NCBI GenBank assembly: GCA_937922235.1 | Contig: CAKZVC010000009.1 | Coordinates: 35,096-99,095, forward strand | DNA length: 64,000 bases | Direction: 5' to 3' | From: an uncultured Acidimicrobiales bacterium | Lineage (GTDB): Bacteria > Actinomycetota > Acidimicrobiia > Acidimicrobiales > SHLQ01 | Shown: in pieces, positions 1 through 8,222 of the stretch | Numbering within the stretch: position 1 is the first letter of the stretch | Layout of the letters: each line of letters starts with the position of its first letter | Made by a program: the position numbers and the translations under genes | The notes under the pieces: generated by a model | Seen by the model: only the letters and a program-made list of their open reading frames with translations | What the model was told of the DNA's origin: nothing | Database searches by the model: none

Positions 1-65
1 GGCCGGTCGTTGCGAGGCGTACGGATGGGCGTAGTTTCGATCGTGCGTAGATCGGTCATAGTCTG

Positions 66-788
66 ATGTCCGGTCGTAGTAGGCGAGCCCCATGGGCGTT
101 CACCACACAGACCAGCGAAATACGAATCCGTTACAGGTACCGAAGAGATTTCTTGACGAACGTACTCCCTCCGAATCACCCCGACGCAGGCACGGTCGCC
201 GCGCTCGGCCGCGGTGATCGCGAGGCGTTCACGTGCATCGTGACCGAGCTGAACCCGGGCCTGACTCGACTCGCTCGCAGTTACGTGCCCGAGGCCCTCG
301 CCGACGAGATCGTGCAAGAGACGTGGATGGCGGTCATCAAATCGATCGAGACCTTCCAGGGCCGATCGTCGCTCAAGTCCTGGATCTACCGCATCATGCT
401 CAACAAGGTTCGAACGCTTGCCGTCCGAGAAGCGAAGATCGTTCCCTTCACCTCGGTTGGCCCCCAAACCGATGATGCCCGCCCATCGGTCGAGCCCGAA
501 CGGCTGATGAACCCCGACCTCGGACAGGGCTATTGGCCAGAGGCTCCCGTGCGCTGGCATACCGCTCCAGACGAGCGAGTCGAAACAAAGGAAACCCTCG
601 AGCGGGTCCACGCCGCGATTCAGGCGCTGCCAGCAGCGCAACGAGAAGTTGTCGCAATGCGTGATATCGAGGGTTGGTCTGCCGAAGAAGTCTGTAACGC
701 TCTAGGTATCTCATCAGTCAATCAACGAGTGCTACTTCATCGCGGTCGAGTCGCGGTGCGAGAAGCGGTCGAGGAGTATCTGTCATGA
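66..788 (+). CDS. ECF-type (sigma-70 family) RNA polymerase sigma factor
   Basis: 240-aa ORF. Region 2 is DEIVQETWMAVIKSIETFQGRSSLKSWIYRIMLNK. Region 4 HTH is LPAAQREVVAMRDIEGWSAEEVCNALGISSVNQRVLLHRGR. ATGA overlap with the downstream anti-sigma ORF. The real start may be internal (e.g. TTG at 153). Confidence 0.85.
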   Translation: MSGRSRRAPWAFTTQTSEIRIRYRYRRDFLTNVLPPNHPDAGTVAALGRGDREAFTCIVTELNPGLTRLARSYVPEALADEIVQETWMAVIKSIETFQGRSSLKSWIYRIMLNKVRTLAVREAKIVPFTSVGPQTDDARPSVEPERLMNPDLGQGYWPEAPVRWHTAPDERVETKETLERVHAAIQALPAAQREVVAMRDIEGWSAEEVCNALGISSVNQRVLLHRGRVAVREAVEEYLS

Positions 789-1060
789 CCGACGATCAGG
801 AGTTCATCAAGAACGATCTGCGAATCGCGTGCGCTGACGCGGTCGAACTCGTCACCGACTACCTCGATGACGCATTGGCTCCTCGCGACCTCGACGATTT
901 CCAAGTACACCTCGGCCTGTGCGAAGGCTGCCAGGTCTTCGTCGATCAGATTCGCAAGACGGTGACGCTCACCAGCCAGACGCAAGACCTCACCGTTCCT
1001 GTCGAGCCGGCGAACATGGACGCCCTGTTTGCTGCGCTCGACGAGAAGCGCACTGACTAG
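785..1060 (+). CDS. Zinc-finger (ZAS, zf-HC2) anti-sigma factor, short soluble RsrA-like type
   Basis: 91 aa with an H-x3-C-x2-C motif (HLGLCEGC) preceded by CADAVELVTDYLDDAL. Translationally coupled (ATGA) to the ECF sigma gene. No TM segment. Confidence 0.75.
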   Translation: MTDDQEFIKNDLRIACADAVELVTDYLDDALAPRDLDDFQVHLGLCEGCQVFVDQIRKTVTLTSQTQDLTVPVEPANMDALFAALDEKRTD

Positions 1061-1114
1061 CTGCTCAACTTTTTTCGAGTTTCTCTGTAACGGTCGGCCC
1101 GTTGGGTGGTCTTA

Positions 1115-1155
1115 GTCCTTGAACGTGCCGAAATGGGTGCGTCTGATTCAAGGAC
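1115..1155 (+). promoter_or_regulatory. 9-bp perfect inverted repeat whose 3' arm covers the Shine-Dalgarno of the DUF4383 gene
   Basis: GTCCTTGAA (1115-1123) and TTCAAGGAC (1147-1155) with a 23-nt loop. AAGGA at 1150-1154 is the only SD-like sequence before the ATG at 1162. Confidence 0.35.
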
Positions 1156-1161
1156 AGAGAC

Positions 1162-1578
1162 ATGACCTCACTCACCCGCAACCAGCAGTTCGCCCTCGCA
1201 TCTGCCGTCATCTACCTCCTCGTTGGAGCCTCCGGCTTCCTCGTGACCGGGTTCGACGACTTCGCTGGCGACACCGATGAGAAGCTGCTCATCTTTGGCG
1301 TCAACCCGCTGCACAACATCGTGCACTTCGTCTTCGCCGGAGCGTGGTTCGCCGCTTCTCGCACGGCAGCAAATGCCAAGCTTGGCAACATCGCCCTCGG
1401 GGGAGCGCTGCTTGCAGCATTCGTGGTTGGCATGTTCGGCGGAGGTTTCTTCCTAAACATCGACAACGCCGCTGAGCCGGACAACTACCTACACCTCATC
1501 TACGGCGCACTGAGCCTGTACGTCGGCCTCAAGATCGTCGACGACCCCGCCACCAACGCCAGCCCATCGATCTCATGA
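1162..1578 (+). CDS. DUF4383 family membrane protein
   Basis: 138 aa. Pattern typical of DUF4383: FALASAVIYLLVGASGFLVTGFDDFAG...FGVNPLHNIVHFVFAG...DNYLHLIYGALSLYVG, about 4 TM helices. Confidence 0.75.
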   Translation: MTSLTRNQQFALASAVIYLLVGASGFLVTGFDDFAGDTDEKLLIFGVNPLHNIVHFVFAGAWFAASRTAANAKLGNIALGGALLAAFVVGMFGGGFFLNIDNAAEPDNYLHLIYGALSLYVGLKIVDDPATNASPSIS

Positions 1579-1748
1579 GCCTCTTCGCACAGAATCTCCT
1601 CGTACAGAATCTTCTTGCCCACAACGGCGTAACGACCTGGGATGAGCTGCTCCTCTTCGTCGCTCCGTTCATCCTGGCGGCGGTGATCTTTGTGTGGGGT
1701 CGCCGAAACGCCCGAGACGTCGTGATGATTGAACGAGAGCCAGACTGA
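1575..1748 (+). CDS. Candidate small membrane protein (57 aa), not in the ORF track
   Basis: The ATG overlaps the DUF4383 stop (ATGA at 1575-1578). Translation is MSLFAQNLLVQNLLAHNGVTTWDELLLFVAPFILAAVIFVWGRRNARDVVMIEREPD, i.e. one TM helix followed by basic residues. GC-rich third positions. Confidence 0.4.
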   Translation: MSLFAQNLLVQNLLAHNGVTTWDELLLFVAPFILAAVIFVWGRRNARDVVMIEREPD

Positions 1749-1769
1749 GATAGTCACAGAGGAGAACAC

Positions 1770-2795
1770 ATGGACTACCTGCCAGCAGCAGACCGCTACG
1801 ACTCGATGCCCTACCGCCGCACCGGCCGCAGCGGGCTGAAACTTCCGGCAGTGTCACTTGGCCTCTGGCACAACTTCGGCGGCGTCGACACCGAGGAGAA
1901 TGCACGCGAAATGCTGCGAGGCGCATTCGACCTCGGTGTCACGCACTTCGACCTAGCCAACAATTACGGCCCGCCGTACGGCTCGGCAGAAGAGACGTTC
2001 GGGCGCATCCTGGCGACCGACTTTCGAAGCCTCCGTGATGAGCTCATCATCTCGAGCAAAGCGGGCTACGACATGTGGCCTGGACCCTATGGCGAGTGGG
2101 GATCTCGCAAATACCTGATCGCCAGCTGCGACCAGAGCTTGAAGCGAATGGGCGTCGACTACGTCGACATCTTCTACTCGCATCGCTACGACCCCGAGAC
2201 CCCACTCGAAGAAACCATGGGTGCACTCGACACCATCGTGAAGCAGGGCAAGGCGTTGTACGTCGGTATCTCGTCGTACTCGGCTGAGAAGACGGCGGAG
2301 GCCGCGGCGATTCTGAAGGAGCTCGGCACGCCGTGCCTCATTCATCAGCCGTCGTACTCGATGCTCAACCGGTGGGTTGAGGAGGACTTGCTCGACACGC
2401 TCGGCGATCTCGGGATTGGCTGCATTGCCTTCTCGCCGCTGGCGCAGGGAATGCTGTCGAAGAAGTACCTCGGCGGCCTCCCGGAGGGATCGCGGGCGAC
2501 CAAGGGGACATCGCTCAGTCCTGACCTCATCACCGACACTGCCCTCGAGCACATCCGGGCACTTGACCAGATCGCCAGCGATCGCGGACAAAGTCTGGCG
2601 CAGTTGGCGATCGCTTGGGTGCTGCGGCACAACACGATGACCTCGGCGCTCATTGGGGCCAGCAAGCTCTCGCAGATCGAGGAGTGCGTGGCGGCTGCAG
2701 CCAACACGTCGTTCACCGACGACGAGCTCGCTCGAATCGACCAGCACGCGACCGACACCGGCATCAACCTGTGGGCTCGTTCCAGCGATAGCTGA
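1770..2795 (+). CDS. Aldo/keto reductase, YghZ/Gpr (L-glyceraldehyde 3-phosphate reductase)-like
   Basis: 341 aa. The N-terminus DRYDSMPYRRTGRSGLKLPAVSLGLWHNFG closely resembles the YghZ family. AKR motifs follow throughout. Confidence 0.85.
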   Translation: MDYLPAADRYDSMPYRRTGRSGLKLPAVSLGLWHNFGGVDTEENAREMLRGAFDLGVTHFDLANNYGPPYGSAEETFGRILATDFRSLRDELIISSKAGYDMWPGPYGEWGSRKYLIASCDQSLKRMGVDYVDIFYSHRYDPETPLEETMGALDTIVKQGKALYVGISSYSAEKTAEAAAILKELGTPCLIHQPSYSMLNRWVEEDLLDTLGDLGIGCIAFSPLAQGMLSKKYLGGLPEGSRATKGTSLSPDLITDTALEHIRALDQIASDRGQSLAQLAIAWVLRHNTMTSALIGASKLSQIEECVAAAANTSFTDDELARIDQHATDTGINLWARSSDS

Positions 2796-2813
2796 GTGGA
2801 GTACGGTTCGAAC

Positions 2814-3743
2814 ATGTTGGTTGCATCGGTTCAACACGCACCCGTCTACCTCGATCGAGATGCCACGATCGACAAATCGGTCGGGCTCATTCACGAAGCT
2901 GCCAGCAACGGCGCTGAGCTCATTGCGTTCCCCGAGACGTTCGTTGCCGGGTATCCGTCGTGGGCTGACTTCTCGAACGCCTCCGCGTTCGACGACCCCG
3001 ACCAGAAGCGTGCCTTCAGCATGTACCTCGACTCTGCGGTCGACGTAGCCCGAGGCGACCTCGATCCGGTAGTCGAGGCGTCAGCGGCGACAGGCACGTT
3101 CATCTACTTGGGCATTGCCGAACGGTCGATGTCGTCGGGATCGATCTACTGCACGCTCGCCGCGATCCATCCTGAGCACGGTCTTGTCGGAACGCACCGG
3201 AAGCTGAAGCCGACCTACGGCGAACGGATGATGTGGGCTGACGGCGACGGCAACGGGCTCCGCGCACACGACTTCAACGGCACCCGAGTGAGCGGACTCA
3301 ATTGCTGGGAGAACTGGATGCCGCTGGCCCGAGCGGCCATGTACGCCCAGGGCCCACAAGTACATGTGGCCACCTGGCCCGGCTCGCCCGCCATCAGCCT
3401 CGACATCAGTCGGTTCGTTGCCATGGAGGGTCGGCTGTTCGTCGTGAGCTCGGGCGCCGTGCTACGTGACGATCATCTGCCCGATGACTTTCCTGTTCGT
3501 CAGCAGATGCTCGATATCCATCATCGGTTCGCCAGTGGCGGAGCGATCATCGTCGCCCCAACCGGTGAGGTTCTCGCCCAAGCCGACAAGCATGAAGAGA
3601 CAATCATTTACGCCGACCTCGACCTCGACCTGGTGCGGCAAGAACGCCAGAACTTCGACCCGACCGGCCATTACAGCCGACCCGATGTGCTCGAGCTCAA
3701 CGTCGACCGTCGCCGGCGCGACCCGGCCAACTTCACCGACTGA
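2814..3743 (+). CDS. Nitrilase / carbon-nitrogen hydrolase family protein
   Basis: Glu-Lys-Cys triad context: FPETF, HRKLKPT, GLNCWENWMPLAR. ATG 2814 (MLVASVQHAPV) is preferred over GTG 2796. Confidence 0.85.
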   Translation: MLVASVQHAPVYLDRDATIDKSVGLIHEAASNGAELIAFPETFVAGYPSWADFSNASAFDDPDQKRAFSMYLDSAVDVARGDLDPVVEASAATGTFIYLGIAERSMSSGSIYCTLAAIHPEHGLVGTHRKLKPTYGERMMWADGDGNGLRAHDFNGTRVSGLNCWENWMPLARAAMYAQGPQVHVATWPGSPAISLDISRFVAMEGRLFVVSSGAVLRDDHLPDDFPVRQQMLDIHHRFASGGAIIVAPTGEVLAQADKHEETIIYADLDLDLVRQERQNFDPTGHYSRPDVLELNVDRRRRDPANFTD

Positions 3744-3755
3744 CATACTGCATTC

Positions 3756-4172
3756 GTGGCCCCACATCTCTCACTCTCCCCAAGCGAGCTCGCCGAACTT
3801 GTCGCTTCATTCGAAGATGGCACGATCGACAATTGCGAGTTCAGCCATCCCGAGCACATCCACGTGATCTGGTCGCTCGTTCGCTCGCGCGGAACCCTCG
3901 GCGGCATCGCCCAATTCGAGACGTGCCTGAAGCGCATCACCGAAGCTGAAGGGCACCCCGAGAAATATCACGCCACGATCACCCATGCGCTCGGCATCGT
4001 GATGGGCGAACGCGTTGCCGCGCAACCCGACGACGAGTGGATGGCGTTTATGGACGCGAACCCCGACCTCTTCGAATGGCCGAGCTCGTTACTGAAAGAG
4101 CTCTACCCCAACGGCGAGCTCGATACGCCCGAGGCTCGAGCTCGGTTCGTGTTGCCTCCAACACACTCCTGA
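3756..4172 (+). CDS. Hypothetical protein (138 aa)
   Basis: ORF in the operon frame between the nitrilase and PhnD-like genes, with coding-like composition. No motif I can name. Confidence 0.5.
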   Translation: MAPHLSLSPSELAELVASFEDGTIDNCEFSHPEHIHVIWSLVRSRGTLGGIAQFETCLKRITEAEGHPEKYHATITHALGIVMGERVAAQPDDEWMAFMDANPDLFEWPSSLLKELYPNGELDTPEARARFVLPPTHS

Positions 4173-4188
4173 GTACCGACCGACAGCG

Positions 4189-4896
4189 ATGGCACTCTCT
4201 GCGACGACGTACCTGGCCGACGGGGCTAACCAGCTCTTTGATGAGTGGTTGGTGTTGCTGCGCGACCTCGGGTTCGAGCTTGAAGGTTCACCCGGAGGTG
4301 ATCGTCCGCTCGATGCCGCACTTGTCTTCGCGTGCGGGCTACTGAGTATTCAGAGCATCTACGACGGGGCGCAGCGCGAAATCGTCGCCCGGCCGGTGTT
4401 CGATGGCGAGACCGAGGCGGTCTACCGATCCGTGATTATCGGCCAGAAGGACCACGCAATCGGGTCGCTCGATCAGGCAAGTGGTCTACGCCTTGCGGTC
4501 AATGAATACGGATCCTGGTCTGGGTGGCATTGCCTGAAGCATCACGTCCGAAGGGCAGGCCTTCCCGCTGACGTAGTTGGTGATCACGTCATGACCGGCG
4601 GACACATGTTGTCGATCAACGCGGTGCTCGACGGCGAGGCCGACATTGCCAGCATCGACTCGTCGGTATGGAACTATCGGGCTGCCCTCGACCCCAGCTG
4701 CGCCCAGCTCGAGATTCTCGACACGACCGTCGATTGGCCAGCTCCGCCAATCTCGATCAGCACCACGCTGCCGAACGCCACCCGCGACGAGCTTGCGCTT
4801 GCGATCCTGTCGCTCGACGGAATCGAACCGGCCGCCATTGCCGACTACGCCGACATGCTGAGTGAGTTCCACCTCCCATGGGGGCCCGCTGCGTAG
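4189..4896 (+). CDS. PhnD-like (phosphonate-binding PBP fold) protein without a signal peptide
   Basis: 235 aa. YGSWSGWHCLKHHVRRAGLP...MTGGHMLSINAVLDGEADIASIDSSVW matches the PhnD/Phosphonate-bd pattern. No export signal and no adjacent ABC permease or ATPase. Confidence 0.6.
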   Translation: MALSATTYLADGANQLFDEWLVLLRDLGFELEGSPGGDRPLDAALVFACGLLSIQSIYDGAQREIVARPVFDGETEAVYRSVIIGQKDHAIGSLDQASGLRLAVNEYGSWSGWHCLKHHVRRAGLPADVVGDHVMTGGHMLSINAVLDGEADIASIDSSVWNYRAALDPSCAQLEILDTTVDWPAPPISISTTLPNATRDELALAILSLDGIEPAAIADYADMLSEFHLPWGPAA

Positions 4897-5016
4897 TGTC
4901 AACACATCGCTACGAACACTGACACTCCGGCCGATCCCCACATCGGCACGCTCAACGAAGGCTCGCTCCACGCTGCGCTGAAGCAGCTATACGCCGAACC
5001 CGGTGATGAGTTTGAG

Positions 5017-5595
5017 GTGCGCCTCGACGGGTTCGTCATCGATATTCGGCGACCAGATCTGCTCATCGAAATCCAAACGAGCTCGTTTGGTGCCATGGGC
5101 AAGAAGCTCGACCGACTCCTCGAAGAGCACGAGATTTTGCTTGTCCATCCGATCGCTGTCGAGTCCTACCTCACCCGACCGAGTGCGAAAGCTCGCCGAT
5201 CGCCGAAGCGAGGGTCGATCTACAGCCTGTTCAATGAGCTCGTCAGTATCCCAACGTTGCTCGATCACCCGAACCTCACCCTCGACATCGTTCTTGTATC
5301 GGTCGACAAGATGCAGGTCCATGACCCGAAGGCCCGACGCGGGCGAGGGGGATGGCGGACGACCGACCGGGTTTTGCGCGAGATCCTCGAGCGCCACCGG
5401 TTCCGTACCGCAACCGACCTACTTGAGCTGCTTCCCGACAATTTGCCTCCGGTCTTCACGACCGCCGACATGGCCGAAGCTGGCACGTTTGATCGGGACA
5501 CTGCCCGCCAGATCGCTTACTGCTTTCGGGCGCTCGGGTTCTTCGACGAGGTTGGCCGGACCAAGGCTGGCTACAACTATCGGTTGTCGATCTAG
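5017..5595 (+). CDS. Hypothetical protein with a CoiA-like PD-(D/E)XK nuclease motif (D...IEIQTS)
   Basis: 192 aa from GTG 5017; FVIDIRRPDLLIEIQTSSF. The conserved-looking N-terminal extension (GTLNEGSLHAALKQLY) lies upstream in frame but has no canonical start codon (see findings). Confidence 0.5.
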   Translation: MRLDGFVIDIRRPDLLIEIQTSSFGAMGKKLDRLLEEHEILLVHPIAVESYLTRPSAKARRSPKRGSIYSLFNELVSIPTLLDHPNLTLDIVLVSVDKMQVHDPKARRGRGGWRTTDRVLREILERHRFRTATDLLELLPDNLPPVFTTADMAEAGTFDRDTARQIAYCFRALGFFDEVGRTKAGYNYRLSI

Positions 5596-5600
5596 CTGAC

Positions 5601-7328
5601 CTACACGTGCGCGGTGAGCAGCGTCGTCACGTCATGGGGATCGAGCGGGGCCCCAACGTGGTATCCCTGTACGAGATCCCACCCGCGGCTCTGCAGCCAG
5701 TCCATCTGAAGTTCGTTTTCGACGCCCTGGACAATCGGCGTGATGCCCTGGGTCGACAGCACTGATCCGAGCGCGTCGATGATTGGTTCGTCGTTGCCGG
5801 CAACGATGCGGCTGGCGAGTCGTCGATCCACCTTTGCGATGTCGATTGGAAGGTTCTCGACGCTCGACACTGACGAGTGACTGGCGCCGAAGTTGTCGAT
5901 GGCGACCCGCACGCCGGCGTCGCGCAACGCCGCTAGGTCCTTGAGTAGCTCCATCGATGGATCGGCTACTGCTGACTCGACGACTTCAATGACCAGCATG
6001 TCCGGACTGACACCAGTGTTCTCGAGCGTGCTGATTATGTCGGTGGCCAGCAATCCACTCATGAACTGGCGAGCGGAAACGTTCACATGGACCGGAATCG
6101 GAGCCTTGATCGAGTTGTGTTCGCGCCACGCAATGTGCTGACGACAGGCTTCCTCGATCACGAACTGTCCGAGCTGGACGATCAAGCCCGAACGTTCAAG
6201 GAATGGAAAGAACTCGGCAGCCGGGAGAATCTGCGAGCCTCCAGCCGGCCGCCAGCGGAGGAGGGCCTCGAAGCCCGCCGTTCGCCCGCTTATCGAGCTC
6301 ACGATGGGCTGCCAATGAAGGTTGAACTCCTTGTCGGCAACGGCACGACGAACGAGCATCTGCTGCGCGAGCTGGTCATCAGCATTGCGGCGCTGCTCGG
6401 GGGAGTACACAGCCACCTGGCTTCCGCCGCTGCGTTTGGCTTCGTTGACAGCAAGCTCTGCATCTTGCAGCACAAGGCTGGCGCGAGTGCGATCAGCGAG
6501 CGAGGTCATGCCAACGCTGATGCTGCCGTAGATGTGGTTGCCATCGATGACCAGCGCCTGACGCCACTTGTTCAACATCATCTGGCCGATGTCGGCGAGC
6601 TGGGCGGGATCGGTCGTCGGGAGGACGACCGCGAACTCATCCTCCCGGTTGCGGAAGAGAAGCGGGCCAAAGGCAGTGGTCAATCGGCGTGCCGCAGCAC
6701 GAAGCAACATGTCACCAAACTCGAGACCGAGCGAGTCGCTGACGATGCCGTGGTCGTCCAGCGAGAAGAGCACGAGCGATCCGGGTTCTTCGGAGTCGAT
6801 CAACTCGGACAAGCGGTCGATCAGCGCTGCCTTCACGCCGACGCCGGTGATCGGGTCGATCTCGAGCGGCGTCTCCGGCGTTGGTGCCTCGGTTGGTGCG
6901 GGCTCGGTCGCTTGGGTGAACCCGAGCGCGCCAACGATGTGTTGGTCGGCATCACGAATCGGCATCCGGGTGGTGCGAAGTGTTTGAGCTTCGCCGTTGC
7001 GCTCGACGATGTCGGCAGTGATCAGCGGACGTCCCTCATCGAGCATCTCCCAGTCGCGGCGAATGCTCGCGGCCGCACGAACAGCTTCGAACAGGTCGTA
7101 GTCGTTCTTACCCGCAACATCGGCGACGGAGTCGAACGCCTCGTCATCGAGCCATTGCTGGTTCGCTCCGACATAGCGGCCCTGCGCATCTTTGACCCAC
7201 AGAGCAACGGGGAGCTGGTCGAGCAGCAGCGACATGTTGTGCTGCGCAAAGAACGCAGTATGGACTCGTTCAATGTCCTCAGCAGTGAGTTCGGTAGTGG
7301 CTGAACGTGGCTGTTCGGGTCCCGGCAT
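5601..7328 (-). CDS. PAS-GGDEF(degenerate)-EAL signalling protein, probable c-di-GMP phosphodiesterase
   Basis: 575 aa. The EAL motifs are intact (FEALLRW, DNFG, KVDR, QGVEN, QGY). The GGDEF site reads REDEF (FRNREDEFAVVL). A PAS-like region sits at the N-terminus. Confidence 0.85.
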   Translation of the reverse strand: MPGPEQPRSATTELTAEDIERVHTAFFAQHNMSLLLDQLPVALWVKDAQGRYVGANQQWLDDEAFDSVADVAGKNDYDLFEAVRAAASIRRDWEMLDEGRPLITADIVERNGEAQTLRTTRMPIRDADQHIVGALGFTQATEPAPTEAPTPETPLEIDPITGVGVKAALIDRLSELIDSEEPGSLVLFSLDDHGIVSDSLGLEFGDMLLRAAARRLTTAFGPLLFRNREDEFAVVLPTTDPAQLADIGQMMLNKWRQALVIDGNHIYGSISVGMTSLADRTRASLVLQDAELAVNEAKRSGGSQVAVYSPEQRRNADDQLAQQMLVRRAVADKEFNLHWQPIVSSISGRTAGFEALLRWRPAGGSQILPAAEFFPFLERSGLIVQLGQFVIEEACRQHIAWREHNSIKAPIPVHVNVSARQFMSGLLATDIISTLENTGVSPDMLVIEVVESAVADPSMELLKDLAALRDAGVRVAIDNFGASHSSVSSVENLPIDIAKVDRRLASRIVAGNDEPIIDALGSVLSTQGITPIVQGVENELQMDWLQSRGWDLVQGYHVGAPLDPHDVTTLLTAHV

Positions 7329-7389
7329 CCACCACCATCGGCGCTTTCCGGAACGTGAAAAGGCAAGCTAGTAAATCGGGCAGGACGGC

Positions 7390-8160
7390 CTAGATCTGAC
7401 GGGTCATGGCCTTGCGCACGTCGTCATAATGGTCGACCCCTACCTCGATTAAGTGCGACAGTGATGCCGCTTTCAACTCGGCTTGAACGTCTGGGTGTGA
7501 TGACGCCTCGAGCAAGCGTCGCCGGATGTCGTCGATTTGCTCTGAATTCATGGTTGAACGGGCCACAAGAGGCTGCACCGGCCATGGGCCAAGGCGCTCG
7601 AGGATTCGCAGATCGGCCACCTCAGAGTCGAGACGAGCTCGCCCGGTGCGCACCACCGAGTCGACGACGGCCGCATCGATTTCACCAGCGAGAAGTAGGT
7701 CGATCGACCGATGATGCCCACCGGTGAAGGTGAGGTCAGCGAAGTCTTCCGGAAGGCCCCGATCGTGCAGCGCGAAGCGCATCGAGTGATAGCCGCTCAA
7801 GCTGACCGGGTCGTTGCAGCCAACGGTCTTTTCGGAGAGGTCGTCGAACGAGGTGATCCCCGAGTCGGGCCGCGTAATCAGGTCGCCGAAGTAGATGGGG
7901 CGGCCGTTTGCATCGGGGTCGTCGGGAACCCAGGCGACACCGGTGAGCGTGATGCTCGGATCATCGGCACGCGTCGCGAGGTCGACGAACGACGTTGAGC
8001 AGATCCACCCGAGGTCGGTGCTTTCGTCAGCGAACGGATCTTCACCTGGAGCAGGCCCCGACATGGTTTCGTCGAACGTCACCTCGGCGCCGATGACCTC
8101 ACCCAACCGCTCAAAGAGCGAATGCGGAAAGCCCGGTGACATGTAGCTGATCAGTCGCAC
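7390..8160 (-). CDS. PhnD-like (phosphonate-binding PBP fold) protein without a signal peptide
   Basis: 256 aa. SLSGYHSMRFALHDRGLPEDF...FTGGHHRSIDLLLAGEIDAAVVDSVV. Paralogous in pattern to 4189-4896. Confidence 0.6.
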   Translation of the reverse strand: MRLISYMSPGFPHSLFERLGEVIGAEVTFDETMSGPAPGEDPFADESTDLGWICSTSFVDLATRADDPSITLTGVAWVPDDPDANGRPIYFGDLITRPDSGITSFDDLSEKTVGCNDPVSLSGYHSMRFALHDRGLPEDFADLTFTGGHHRSIDLLLAGEIDAAVVDSVVRTGRARLDSEVADLRILERLGPWPVQPLVARSTMNSEQIDDIRRRLLEASSHPDVQAELKAASLSHLIEVGVDHYDDVRKAMTRQI

Positions 8161-8222
8161 CTCGACAGGGTAACTATCTCGACGACCGGGGAAGCGACGT
8201 GGGCGGGGTGTTCATTGTTCGT

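Noticed and set aside
1120-1146. An ECF-like promoter (TGAAC-N15-CGTCTGA) upstream of the DUF4383 gene.
   Set aside because: The sequence resembles sigmaE/ECF -35/-10 elements. But the implied TSS (about 1152) would fall inside the SD and inside the 3' arm of the inverted repeat, and I cannot calibrate the motif for this sigma factor. I kept only the inverted repeat as a feature.
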